Assembly (NCBI GenBank): GCA_028534125.1
Contig: CM052836.1
Coordinates: forward strand, 9,362,001 to 9,426,000
Source: Lama glama
Lineage: Eukaryota
Length of the DNA stretch: 64,000 bases
Reading direction: 5' to 3'
Shown here: positions 1 to 12,474 of the stretch, piece after piece
Layout of the letters: every line of letters begins with the position of its first letter
How positions within the stretch are numbered: the stretch's first letter is position 1
Notes under the pieces: model-generated
The model's input: only the letters and a program-made list of their open reading frames with translations
What the model was told of the DNA's origin: nothing
Database searches by the model: none
Position numbers and translations under genes: made by a program

Positions 1-60
1 TTGTTTATAAGCCATCCAATCTGTGCTGTTTTCTTAGAACAGCTTGAATGGACTGAGACA
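1..60 (+). mobile_element. 3' end of an ERVL-MaLR LTR (MLT1-like)
   Basis: tttataagccatccaatctgtg...gactgagaca resembles the MLT1 terminus. Confidence 0.6.
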
Positions 61-1039
61 GTGGGATACATTCCTCGTCAGTGGCCCGGGGTCCTGGAGT
101 CAGGGCTGTGTGAGGCAGGATGAACCAGAGTGCTACTCCTCTCCCTGCCCCTCAGGAAGGCCTTGGTCCATGCAGGCCAGGTGGGCTGGCTGTCCCAGGA
201 AGGTCAGGTCAGCCTGGGGCTGAGAGCTCTGCAGAGACCACCCCCCATCCCCACCCTTTGTGGTACACCCTGACCTCAGCCGGATTCATCCTGCTTTCTC
301 TCTGTAGGACCCATTCTGCTCTCCTTGGACCTGACCTTGGTTTTCAGAGCCAGTTTCCCCTCTGGGCATTTCTGCATTTTTGCAAGTCAGGACTCATGCA
401 CTGAAGGGGGTGGATTATCTTTGAAGTTTTCCAAGGGGGAAAATGACGCGTTGGCAGTTCGGGATGAACAGCACCCCAGAGCGCCTGTGGAATCCTCTCA
501 CCTCCCACCATCCCCACCCCTCAACCTGGCCCTCTTACCCTGAAGCCCTGCCGTGCAAACAACTCAGTCCTGTGGGACTCAGAGTCTAATAAGAGAAATC
601 AGATGGAGCACCAAAGAAACCAGGTGGAGGCCAAGTTTAAAACACAGTTCAGATCCAAAATTTTAAACATCTTAGTCCTTCTGCACTATGTCTATACAAA
701 AGACTTCTTGCCGTCAGAAGAACCATTGGATTTAAAAACCCACTCACATACAAACATGCCCACACGACTCTCTCTGGTGCCCGCAAAACACGAGGCTCTG
801 GGCTGGGTATTTACACCTGTGTGATCGTCTTAAGTGTTAGAAGGGAGTGGAGATGTGTTAAATAAATCTGGTCGGATGTACCTATCTGCAGGTCCCAGAA
901 CACACTGATCCTCTAATCTCTCCCTGACTGTATTTCCACTGTCTTCTCCCCATGAGCCACTCCTCTAACTTGAATGTCTGCCCCTCCTCTATGCTTCCCT
1001 GTTACCCGAGGCAAAATGCTACTCTGACACCTCACCCTG

Positions 1040-1206
1040 AGGTCACCGATCTCTTGTCCATCTCTCCTAATAGATTCCGAGCCCGGGAGGCCAGGGACGG
1101 TGTCTTACTCACTTTTACCCCTGGAAACGCCCCCAGTGCAGCGCAGGGCTGGAACACGGAGGGTGTAGTCATGGTGCTTGTAGAAGTGAATGAATGAATG
1201 AATGAG
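1040..1206 (+). mobile_element. L2 3' end with (GAAT)n tail
   Basis: gaggccagggac..tgtctt..tcac...cagtgc..gca..gctgg..cac and gaatgaatgaatg. Confidence 0.6.
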
Positions 1207-1924
1207 CACACATTCTTATAAACCCTTGTGTCTAGCCTCCTCTGCCAAAGAGGGAATGAAACAAGCTGAGTGGGGGATGCCAGGGTGTCCTGGATGGGCT
1301 GCTGGCCGTGGGGCTGGTGGTTTGAGAGCCGTCCTCTCCCATCCTAGGCGTGTCGATGGGGCTCCCTTCGTTCGCCTTGGCTGTGGTCTGGCCACCTCTG
1401 GCCTCCCCGACACTGACTTACAGAAAGACAGGAAGGGCTCGCTCGCCTATTGTTAATGGGCCCGTGTGATGACTCCTCTTTCCTAAGGAGCTAAAAGAGG
1501 GTCGTAGGTTACACCATCTTCTCTTTCAGGAAATCAGCAAAGGGTAAGCTTTGCTCTGTCCTGTCTGCAGATGGAGAGGCTGAGGCTCTCAAGTGGGCAT
1601 TTCTCCAAGTGGCCCGCAGCTGCCAGCGTTCTGGTGCAAGGCCGGGACTTGTCATCCCCCGCCAGCCCTGAGTGCAGGAGCAGCGGGCATAAACGTGTTT
1701 TCCACTCAGTGGTTAGGACTTGGGAAAATTCCACGACCTTCCCCACCTTCCCCCCAGGCCCCGGCAGCTGAGGCGTTTGTACCTGGGTATGTGGGATGGG
1801 TGTGAGCGCGGAGTGGGGGCAGAGCAAGGAAAGAGGGGGTCCCATACATTTCCGGGACTGGAGTTCATTCCTGTGGGGGTAGCCCTTCCCGATACGTGAG
1901 CAAGGGGAGAGAATTCAGGCCCCT

Positions 1925-2225
1925 CTCGCTGCAGGCTGGGTGGCTTAAACAACATGCAAGTATTTCTCACATTCGTGGAGCCTGGCAGATCCAGTGTCTG
2001 GCGAGGGCCCTCTTCCTAGTTTGCAAATGACCGCCTTCCCATTGAGTCCTCACACGGGGAAGAGAGAATAATCTCTCCCGAGTTTCTTACTATGAAGGCA
2101 CTAATCCCATTCATGGGGCCTCCACCCTCATGACTGAGCACCTCCCCAAGGCCCCACCTCCTCATCCCATCTCACTGGGGGCTGGAATTGTCATATATGA
2201 ATGCTGGAGGGACACATAACGGTGC
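1925..2225 (-). mobile_element. ERVL-MaLR solo LTR (MLT1A-like)
   Basis: gggtggcttaaacaac...ctcaca...actaatcccattcatg...ccccacctc...atatgaat..gagggacac. Confidence 0.75.
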
Positions 2226-5200
2226 TAATATAATTTAGCTAATCCCTATAGAAAACCTGCAAGACAAGTATTATTCTCTTGTGATAGATAAGGAAATTGA
2301 AGAGGTGAAGTGATTTGCCCATGGCCTGTCTCACCCAGCACCCAAGGCCAGAAGGGGCTTCAGACGAGGCTTTGCCGTTTCCTCTGCCTGCTCTCTTTTC
2401 CCCGGGCCCTGCCAGCCCTTGGCACGACCTGAACTGATGGTCGTGGGCCTCGTGCCCGAGCTTCTTTGAGAGCTTGGAGGGGTCAGGTCTGACCCTGTGT
2501 AGTGCTCCCCCCGAAGGGGACCCACCGGACAACTCTGCGCCTCGACGGCTTTTCTGGGACCTCAGCCCCGGGAGAGCCGGGCTTCTCGGAGTGGCTGGTT
2601 CGTTTCCCTCTTTTGGGCGCCGGGGTTCTTGAGCTGCGGGGATGTGCTCTTCCCTGCGGCTTCTAGGGGACCCGGAGCCGAGTGTGTGGCCCCCTGAGCA
2701 AAAGGAGCAGACCTCCTCCTGTCATGCCTGGTTCCATGTGACTTCTCTACTCTCATTCTCCCCTTTGACTCATCCCCCGACCCCGACCCTGTCTACTTTA
2801 CAAACGCCTCCTGTCCGTGTGTCGTAGACGCGTGTCTCTTTAGTTCGACGGCAGCCCTTTTTGGAACAAGGCGCCACAGCGGCCTGTGAGTGAGGAGTTA
2901 AAGCGGAGCGTTTCAGGCAGGGGTGGGAGCTCCTGGAGGCTTGAGCCCAGTGAGTCAGGAAATTCCAAGGCCTGCACGGGCCTCCCCGCCCCACTGGGGA
3001 GAACTTTCCAGATCCCTCCCGGCCGCGCCTGCTTCCTCGTGCTCCTGGGGCTCGGTCTGGGCTCCACTGAGTCACCCGCCTGGCTCTCAGCTTCTGTTGC
3101 TGCCCTGCGCGAGCTTCCACTGGCTCAGTGTGTCTCCCCAGGGCTGGGCCCCGCAGGCGGGGGGGGGGCCCCGCAGGCGGGGGTGGCCCCTCGGGGGCCT
3201 GGGGAGGGCCCAGGGCTCCCGGGCTGCACACGTTGCTGACCTCTCTTTAAACTATGGAGAAAGTCTGATTTGTGGCAGCTCAGGCTTTTGGGGTTGGAAG
3301 CTCCCAGAACATCTGCTCTCCACGCAAACCCGTCATTAGTGGGACTGCGGAATGGAAGTCTGGGAGGAGTCTGCTAAGCGGCCGAGCACTGGGGAGAAAA
3401 GAGGACAGGACTGCGGGTCAGGGGATGCGGGATCTCGTCCTGGTGTCCCTGCTCGCCAGCCTGCAGCCTGAGCAAATCTCTCTCCTCTTAACCTCGTAAA
3501 ATGGGTACAGTAGGACCCCGAGAAGGGCTCAGTCAGTCATTCAGTAACAATGACCAAGCAGCCTCTGTGTGCAAAGAGCTGCTGGAGAGGCTGGGGACAC
3601 AGAGAACCTAAGGGCCCTTCTGGTGGCGCTGACCTGTGGTTAGTCAGCAAGGGGGGCAGGCAATGACAGTCACCTCGCCAACCAACATGGTAACTCTGCC
3701 TCCCGATAAGCACCAGCCAGGAGATAAAACAGGGACGCAGGGAGGGAACTGGGGAGGGGGAGCTAAAAGTGACCAGAGAAGGCCACTGTCCAGGCCCGTG
3801 GCGCCTTGCGGGGGTGACAGCACTGGGGGAGGGGAGGAGGCCAACTCTAGATCACGTGGGGGTGGGGCCTAGGGTTTGCTGCCCGAGGGGAGGGATGGCG
3901 AGGATGACCAGCAGGCATTTTGGACAGTGTTGATCCCCTGACTAGGGGAAGAAGTGGGTCTGGGAGGGGGTGGAAATCTAGAGACTGGTCTTGGGCTTGT
4001 GAGGCCTGAGAGCCTAAGCTGATGCCCAGTGGGGACGAGGCGAGGGCAGGCAGGCTCCCGTTTCGGAGCGTGGTGCAGAGACGGGGAGCAGAGAGGAGGC
4101 GCTCATGCACGGGAAGGGCTCCCGAGGTGTGGATGCAGGTGTTCAGGGCTCTTGACACACCTCCTGCCTGCCCATCCCCTTTCAAATGCCCTCACATCGC
4201 CCCCACCCCGACTCCGTGCCATGAGCATCCCAGTGCTGGCTCCAAGCTTGCCCTGCAGGTGGCTCTGGGCCTGTTCCCACTTCTCAGCACAAAATCCGCA
4301 CCTGTTACCTCCTGGGCCCACGGCCTGGCTCCCATGAGCTGACAAGTCGGAAGGCAGACGACCTTCCACTGAAGTGTCGGTGACACGGGGCAGCTTGTTC
4401 GCTGGCAGGGTATTTTTCCCTCTCCTTTTCGGGGGTGGGGGTTGGGGAGGGGCAAAGGAACACTGCTCCCGCCCAAAGGCATTACTGATGGAGTTGCTGG
4501 GGTGTTCAGGTTGGGGCCTGGCTTTGAGCAGTTCAGAACCCTCAGAGGCCTTGGGTCTGGGTGGGAGAAGCTTTCTGGGCAGGGAGGGCCCCTTTTCCCG
4601 AGGGAGCTTTAGAAGACAAAGAGGATGCTGGCTCCTGGGAGAGGGCGCCCCAGACACCCTGCATGGTGACTCTCACCCTTGCATCGAGGATGAAAATTAC
4701 AGGTTTGGGTTCTGGTGGCAGCCAGGGTCCGTGAGCTCTGGCATAAAGAAGCATCTTAGCAATTCTAGAAATGAGCTCCCCTGTCTCAGTTGTACTAGAA
4801 TAATGGGGGTCCCAAATGAACACCTGCTCCTCGCTCAGATGAGACCCTTTCCCACGTCAGTTCATTGCTGAAGCCCATGGTCGCTCTGTCTGGCAGATCC
4901 CCCTTTGCAACCGAGGGCAGGATGGCCACTTATGGAGGGACCTGGGACTGTCAGCCAGGCTTTGTACAAATGTTCACATTTGTCTTAATAACAGCCCTAC
5001 TTTGGACTAGGGATTGCTAGCTCAGTTTTGCAAAGGAGAAAATTAGAAATCCAAAGACTTAAGTCACTTGACCAAGGTCACCTTTAGGCAGTGCAGAGCC
5101 AGCACTAAGTTCTTCTCACAAAGCCACACTGTCCACTCTCCTCCAGGGTGAGACAAGGGGTTTGGGATGGGCCTTCGCCAGGAATGGAAACTTTAAACAC

Positions 5201-5359
5201 CAGCGTGCCCTCAGATTCCTAGCTAGGCAAGGACGTGCTCACAAGTGCCTGGAGAGGTTTCCCGTGACATCTGACTTTCATCCAGAGGCAGTGGATACAA
5301 CAGGCCATCCCACCAAAATGAGGTACAGGTGTGGTGCTATTCAAGCGGTCTTATGCTGT

Positions 5360-5501
5360 GGGGAAAGGGTGTAGCTCAAGTGGTAGAGCATGTGCTTAGC
5401 ATGCACGAGGTCCTGGGTTCAATCCCCAGCACTTCCTCTGACAATAAATAAATAAGTAAACCTAGTTACCTCCCCCCACCAAAAAGTAAATAAAAAAAAA
5501 A
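5360..5501 (+). mobile_element. tRNA-Ala-derived SINE (camelid Vic-1-like), near full length
   Basis: A box gtagctcaagtgg, AGC anticodon remnant cttagcat, B box ggttcaatcc, then aataaataaa, cctagttacctcccccc and an A-rich tail. Confidence 0.85.
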
Positions 5502-8500
5502 TCCTGTTCTCTCTCTCCATCCTTCTCTTCTCTTTCAGTGTCTGTCAGTGTCAGACATGTGTGTAGTTTGAAGACACAAAGAGGTTGGCCGTGAAAAAAG
5601 GGCTCCTTGCCTCTGCTAATTGCCTGCTGTTGTCCGCTGCCCGGAGTCCACGCATTCAGAATTTTCAACGGATACTTGTGACATTTACCTCCATTTCACC
5701 AAATAGCATGCTTAGATGGCTGCTTCTTGATTTTTTAGTTCTAGACATGATCTTTTTATTTCTTATTATGAAGTAAATGGAGCTCTTTTTTGGTGTAACA
5801 CACCCACATCCCATCATCTTTCCAGTACAGCTACATAATTTTTATGAAGTGCTCAGTGTCTGTATGATGATGATATAAATGCTACTCACGACTGAGCCAT
5901 GCAGTATCCTGTGTTGTCCTTTCAAACACAGCATGAAGCTTTCCCTGGATATAACTGACTTCATTTTTTATCGATGTGTTTATCATTAATTCAACCCTCC
6001 GAATAGTTGTCCCTGGTTGTGTAAGTGTCTCCTTAATACATTCAAACACACCAGGCAATACGAACCTTCCTGGGGAAATCCCCCAGGACCCTCTGGGCTA
6101 CTCCAGGGTGTGGGCTTTGCGTCCTGTGCCTGCTTGGATTTCTCTTCCTGAGTTTCTTGGGACTCTCGTTCACCTCTCACACGTTGCCGGCTTTGTCTCC
6201 TAGATCCCAGATCTGTTCTTCTTTTGACTTCTTTCCTCATTTTAATGATGTACGTCGCCAGGTCCCTTCCCGAGAAAGGGAACGTGGAATCCATGTTCTG
6301 AGACTTTGCATGCCCCCACAATGTCTTTATTCTACTCACTAGTTCAGCTTCAGACAGACTTCTAAGTTGCAAATTGATTCCCTGACCTTTAACCCATAAA
6401 CGGCAGGTTTTTACCTCCTGCATTCCAGCCCAAATCTGTCACCTCCAGCTGGCTGCTGGTTTTCACTACCAGCCCTCCAACAGGGCCCATTATTTCCACA
6501 GGTAATGCTGTGGTACACATCACAAGACCCACTCCCCTCCCCCAAGCAAGAAGACCACGGACTCATGGCTATTCTGACGCAGGAGCAGTTGTTCAAGATG
6601 AAGCACTTCTCAATTTGTCATCTGCCTCTGGTTGTGCTCCGGTGTCTTTAAATGGCTGGTCCTGACAGCTTTGTCTGGTTGTGCACTTGTTTTCTTCAGA
6701 GGGGAACCACCCAGCTTCTCACAGCACCGTTCCTAAGTGAATCTTGGACGAGATGATTTTAGTGTCTCTTCCATCCAAATATTCTATTGCCCACAGTTGC
6801 GGAGTTTGATCAGAAGTGTCCTGATGTCAGGAGGCTGGTGCAGACACATGGAAGGATGGCTCTGAATTTTGCATAAGCCACCTCAAAAGTGCAAAAATAA
6901 ATGGGGGAGCCAGTGAGGCTGAACCCTGAGCTGGGGGTTCAGAGCTGGGGTCCAGTCTCAGTGCAGCCCTGGGAGCCTTCTCTTAGGTTCTCAGCAAAAG
7001 TTTCTGCCCAGGACACCCCTCGCCTCACTAACACATTTGCTGCTTCCCTTCTTCTCCCTGGGGCCCTCCCCCACCTCCCCTGCCTTTCTGATGGAGTCTG
7101 TGACACTACAGGGGTGAAAATGGCTGAAAGTAGCTTTCACTTCTGCTCAGGCAACTGAAACCAACAGCGAGGTCATTTCCTCGTTCTCTTCTGAGTGACT
7201 GACGGAATCCATTTTTGGTCTTTTTTCCGACCCCTATCTATTGGGGGTGGACAGAAAGGTGAAGGGTTTTTTCCCCAGATCATACAAAATCCAGCTTACC
7301 TGGACCTCCGTTCTCCATAAACTTCTCACATCCCCTCTCATTCTAACTTTGAATCGATGAACTGGAGTTCAAGGAAAATGGATTTTCTTTTTAGGAAGGT
7401 GGATTTCCTGCTCACCACTGGATTCTCTGAATCCTTGGGTCCAAGTATATAAAAGTTGTTCGAAACTCACTTATTTAAGCCCCATTGGTAAAAAAAAAAA
7501 AAATTGAACGTAATTCAGGCAGCATCCCTGGACCCTTGGTCAGTAAAAGGCTTAACCCAGGTATCTGCCTCTGAGAGTCTGCAGGATCCTTAGTGGCAAA
7601 TCACGTTCAAAGCCATCTCCCTGGTAACTTCCCCCAATAACCCCTGATGGAGCTCTGGTTCCTGCCTCTGTTCTAACACCGCCTTGTTGAGGTATCTGCG
7701 GCTGCACCCACCACACCCCTTCATGGTTCTCTCTCTAGCATACCCCTTCCCAGGCTCCTTAGGCTGAGTGCCTCAGAGGAGGGTCATGTCTCTTTGTATC
7801 TGTACCCCCAGCCTCTAGTGTGTGCAAACATTCACAAAAGTTTGTTGTGTTAGTTAAATTGAAATAACAGGACTGAATAATCTCATCTCAAACCAGTAAC
7901 TTTTAAATCATTCAGTGGAAGGAGTTTGGGATTCTTTGAACTTGTGTTTAATCGGTCCACATCTCTGGTGTCAGGAAGTGAATACAAAAATAGAGGAACA
8001 ACACCTCCGATTCACTTAGCACGGTCGGTCCTGGGCGCTGTCTGGGCCCTTTGCCATCAAGGAAGGAAGACTACAACGCAGTTTTTTTTTTTTTAAGATC
8101 AGCTTTGGGACTTAAAGGGGGCATATTCACACCAGCTACCAGTTATTTGGAGCTCACTATGTGCTAAATACCACAATAGATACTTTTTAATACATTAATC
8201 TACTTATTCTCACAAACTTTTTGGAGGAAATGAAGCAGGTGATTTCTGAGGAGACTTAGAACCCAAGAACTCTATGTTGCTACTGCTGTTGCTCTGAACA
8301 TCCATCAAAAAGCTCTTTCCTACCAGGAACTTGCAGCAAATTATTGTCTCAGTCCTAAAATCCAAGGAAAGAAACTCCATGAGAAAGCTGAGATTTGGGA
8401 CTGTGATCCCAGGGTGGAATAGAAGCAGATTTGTCTGAATTCCATCCTTCTGCCTCCGCAGTTCCCATAAAGGCAGGAAAGGAGACCACACATCGGATCC

Positions 8501-8949
8501 CTTTGGTCCATGGATCAGAAAGCAGGTGGTCAGTGGCTCGGCATGTCCGGCTGGACCAGTGAGTCTCCGGAGGTCATCTCAGCAGCCTTCCTGGTCCCAC
8601 CGGTCCTCAGCTGGTGTGGTACAGGACAGCATCTCACCCCCTGGATGTTAGGGTCCTTTCCCCACCGCTTCCATCATTCTCTGCTCCTCTGACTTTTCAT
8701 GGCCAGTGAAGAGCCAAGGACTGGCCAGGGTGCTCTGAGAACAGAGGTTCGCTGTACTGAGAGCCAGACACACCCCATCTGTCATTTGTGCTCTTAGTGT
8801 CTTGTGGGCTAGGGAGTCATCAGGACCCTTTGAAAGACAAAACAAACCCACCAAGGCTGGAGAATGGCGGTCCTGCTCACACAGAAGGCACCAGGCAGCA
8901 GAGCCCAAGCCGGCCTGACCTGCAGACAGACCAGAGCGAAATCCCTTGC

Positions 8950-9460
8950 AGAGTTAGCCTGGAGGTTTATTTTCCCTTCCAAGGCTTCGCTACAGGAAAA
9001 ACACCACCCGTGTCGTTAAACCAAAACCTCATGAGAAAACCTTCTGGTGGCAGAGGGGCATCGTGACCAGCGTGGCCCAGGACCGGAGAAAGGCCGGCTG
9101 CTCTCGGTCCTTCCTCACGGGCTTCTCCTGGACCCACGGAGCCCGCGGAAGCTTTCGAAGGGCTGGGCGGCAGGGGCGGGGCTCCTCGGGGGCGGCCGGT
9201 GAGGCTGTGACCACAGACCGGGGATCCTGCCACCTTGGCCGGGTGCTCGCCGCCGGCAGGAAGCCACGAGCTACCGGTCTGATTGGGACTCCTGCGAGGG
9301 GCTCCTCCTCTGGGGTTGCTCCGGGAGTGGCTGGTCGCAGCTAGAAGGGCGCTGCACCACGAGGCGCCGGGGTTCGAGCGCTATGGTGAGAGGCCGCTGA
9401 GCGCCGCCAAGGTAAGATGCATCTCCCTCCTTCCTGACCGCCTCATTTCCTCGAACGAGT
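8950..9460 (+). promoter_or_regulatory. BLK: BLK CpG-rich TATA-less promoter
   Basis: CpG-dense and abuts the exon 1 donor. Contains a GC box (ggggcgggg), RUNX site ACCACA at 9210-9215, ETS cores (cggaag, caggaag) and a PAX5-like half site (agcgtggc ~9069). These factor classes are known blk promoter regulators. Confidence 0.75.
9200..9411 (+). other. BLK: BLK non-coding exon 1 (5' UTR); start coordinate approximate
   Basis: Strong donor CCAAG|GTAAGA at 9411/9412 in a CpG-rich region. Joining to the acceptor at 35974 gives gccaagG-ATG-G, matching the BLK mRNA start context as I recall it. The TSS cannot be fixed from sequence. Confidence 0.75.
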
Positions 9461-10349
9461 CGTGCAAACAGTGCTTGGGGGCCTGTGGGTGGGAGAGCGG
9501 GCGGGGGCATCCCTGTGGATGTTACAGACGGAGAGAGAAGACATTCCCTACGATCTGAGCCACAGCTATGAATAGGTTGCCCCATCATTTGTTTGTTTCT
9601 ATTTTGGAGAGTTTTCTGATTTATAAAAGTTATTCCATCCAGGGCAGGTTCTGCTTCTCGGGCTTTCTAAGCTGGAAAAGGCAGTGAATGTGCCACAGAG
9701 GAAGGACAGGAGGAGGCTGTGGGCTGGGGAGTTGCGAGGGCTCCCGTGGCAGCGGAGGGTTCCCAGCAAGTTACTCGGCCTCCCTGTAAACCAGCATAAA
9801 GGTACCACGGTTCAGAGCTGACGGAGGCCAGCAATGATGCACGGAAGTGACTGTCTCAAGTTCAATGATTGGTTGTTGCTTTTGTTTCGTGTGGGGTTTT
9901 TTAAAGTAAAGTTTTCCATTTTTCAGACATTTGGGGGGTGGGGTGGTGAAATAGGCTTAAGATGGCCTTTGGGGCTGAGAGATCGATTTGGCCAACCGTG
10001 AAAAAGAAAGACGAGTCGACAACAGGTTTTGAGAGGATTTTTTAAATTCTAGGATTTTGACAGATTTTCCAGTTGTGTTCTAACTGGCCACTGCATGCAC
10101 CCTCATCTGCCCACTTTACCAAGGAATAAAGAATTGTTGTCGCTGGACTTCTGTGGTTATAGAGAAGTCGGCATGACATATGTTGACACTTCTCTCTCCT
10201 GGAAGGAGCCTGATTCCCCTCAGCTTGAGCGGGGACTGGACTTCGTAGAGGAAAGGGAAACAGTGAGTCTAGAGTGGAAGATCCTGGCTAGAGCTCCTCA
10301 GCCACGTGGTCAAGGTTAACCTCCCCAGGGATGAGTCATGTTGTGGTGT

Positions 10350-10790
10350 GCAAGTTTGGCTGCCAGGAGAAAAGCCCTTCACATCTGTGCTGTTCTTCCC
10401 GCAAACCCATAATCCCAGTCTAGTCATGAGACAAACCCAAACCAAGGGGCAGGCTACAGAATATTTGTCCTTCAAAATTGTCAAGGTCATGACAAACAAG
10501 TAAAGGGGAAGCTGTCACACAACAGGAGAGTCAGGAGACAGGACATCTGGGTGAACAATAACAACAACAAAGTCATTAGTGGAAAACAGGTGAAACCTAA
10601 ATAAGGCTGAGTGTAATTGGTATCATTGTAAAATTGTTGCAACTTCCTTCGTTCTGACAGGTGCGCCAGGGTTAAGTAAGATGCTGTGGGGAAGCTGGGT
10701 GAAGGGTGTATGGGAAGTCTCCATACTATCTTTGTAATTTTTCCGTAAACCTAAAGTGATTCCAAAGTAAAAAGGTAAAAAAAAATTATC
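10350..10790 (+). mobile_element. Old L1 (L1MC-like) 3' end
   Basis: cataatcccagtcta..catgag...ttcaaaattgtcaaggtcatg...gggaagctgggtgaagggtgtatgggaa...ccaaagtaaaaag. Confidence 0.7.
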
Positions 10791-12424
10791 CTACTTTGGA
10801 GCAGAAATGGTCAAAATCTGATCATCTTTGGGAAAACTGGTTTCCATGGCCCAGGGGTCCGGCCCTCTCTTTGAACATTCCAGAACACAGCAGGCCTCTT
10901 GCATATTTTACCATTCTCTCTCCCAGCCCCCACCTTACTCCCAGAAAGCTCTCTATTCCCCTTTCTTCATGGTACTTCTCATCATTCATTTATTTTTTCC
11001 ATTCAGCTCGCATATTTGGAGCCCTCACTCTGTGTCAGGGGATTCAGGGCGAAGTCCCCTGCCCTCTTGTCTGCCCAGCAGAGCTCACTGGGCTGCTTCA
11101 GGCTCTTGGGCCTCCAAGCACACGCCCAGGTGCCCACACCTGACCCCTCCCCGGTGAGGAAGCAGGCGGCCAGTGAGGGCCCAGACCCTGCCTGCATGGG
11201 ACACCCGGCTGGAATCCTCTGGCCACCGGGCTCAGCCATCCCGCAGACTCTGGGGTTGGCTAGGTAGAAGTGAGCTATGAGCTGTGCTGGAAATCACTCT
11301 CCCATGGGTGAAGCTGGGGCCTGCGGGATGCAGAGTTGGGCGTGGACTCTAGGAGCCAGCTCCTGCTGGAGCCCCCGGTGCTGCCCCAGAATCGACATCA
11401 CCTCGCGGCAGCATCCTTCCTTGTGAGGATCAGGTGTTTGGAGAGGGCTTGGGGTGGGGACGGAGAAGCCTGACCACGCTGCCCCCTCACACACACACTC
11501 ACGTGCACACACATGCACACACACACATCCCAGGCCTGACAGAGCAGGTGTGCCCTTGTTTGAAGTTGATGTCTCAGCCAGATTAGAGAAACGCTTTGGA
11601 AGCCGACAAGAAAGAAGAAAGAATTACGAGCTGTGGGGAGGTAGTGTTTAGATGGAAATCACAACACTTTGGTGAAGATCAAAATTAAACAGCACTGATG
11701 ACCACTGGGCCTCAAGTACCTTAATAGTTTTCTTTGTTTGTTTTTTGTTTTTTTGTTTTTAAGTAAGCAAAAACATAAGTTTTTTATTTGGATTTTGAAA
11801 GGAAGAAAGTAAGATGTACAAGTTTAATAAAAAGGGCCTTCCCTTTTAAAATAAAAACTGGTATTTCTGTCCATCTGTCTGTCTGATGGACTCCCTGGCA
11901 CGTGTCAGTGCCGTGGGGAACGTGTCAGGTTAGAAGAGGTGTCTCCTGGACCGAGAGCAGGGATGTGCTGGCAAATGCTTGTCCACCAGCTTTTCAGGAA
12001 ACAAATACACACACACACAGACAAGTTAACCATCAGTATTACTGGTATAAAGGATGCGTCACACATAATTTACAAATAATAACAAAACATACAATATCCT
12101 TTCTTGTAAATCTCATATACCCGATTGAGTCTGCGTAGATTGCTTTTGTGAACTCCTGCCAAACCCTGGTACCCAAAGTCAAGCGATGCTTGTGATCGAT
12201 GCACTGAATGTCACTAATATTTTCATTTATGCCAAGAAGTAAGAGCAGGGTGAAACCACAAAGATGTGTTGGAGATGCACTTGTTAGTCTGCGGTGTGAC
12301 CCATTTCTTTACTAAACTGAATAACAGTTTTTAATTACTTTAAAATTTTTCTTCATTTTTTTAGGTGCTATTCACAGCTACAAATAGGACATCTTTTCAA
12401 GTTAAACCAACATTATTTTTAAAA

Positions 12425-12474
12425 AACATTTTTAATTGAGTTATACTCATTTTACAATGTTGTGTCAAATTCCA
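12425..12474 (-). mobile_element. Younger L1 3' end running into the gap
   Basis: tttttaattgagttata...tttacaatgttgtgtcaaatt, similar to the L1 end at 28300. Confidence 0.55.

Noticed and set aside
5360-5436. tRNA-Ala gene
   Set aside because: Acceptor stem is imperfect, and it is followed by a SINE body and A-rich tail shared with a second copy; it is a SINE
1-9000. FAM167A exons or promoter
   Set aside because: No recognisable coding exon; the neighbouring gene is expected further upstream, outside the window
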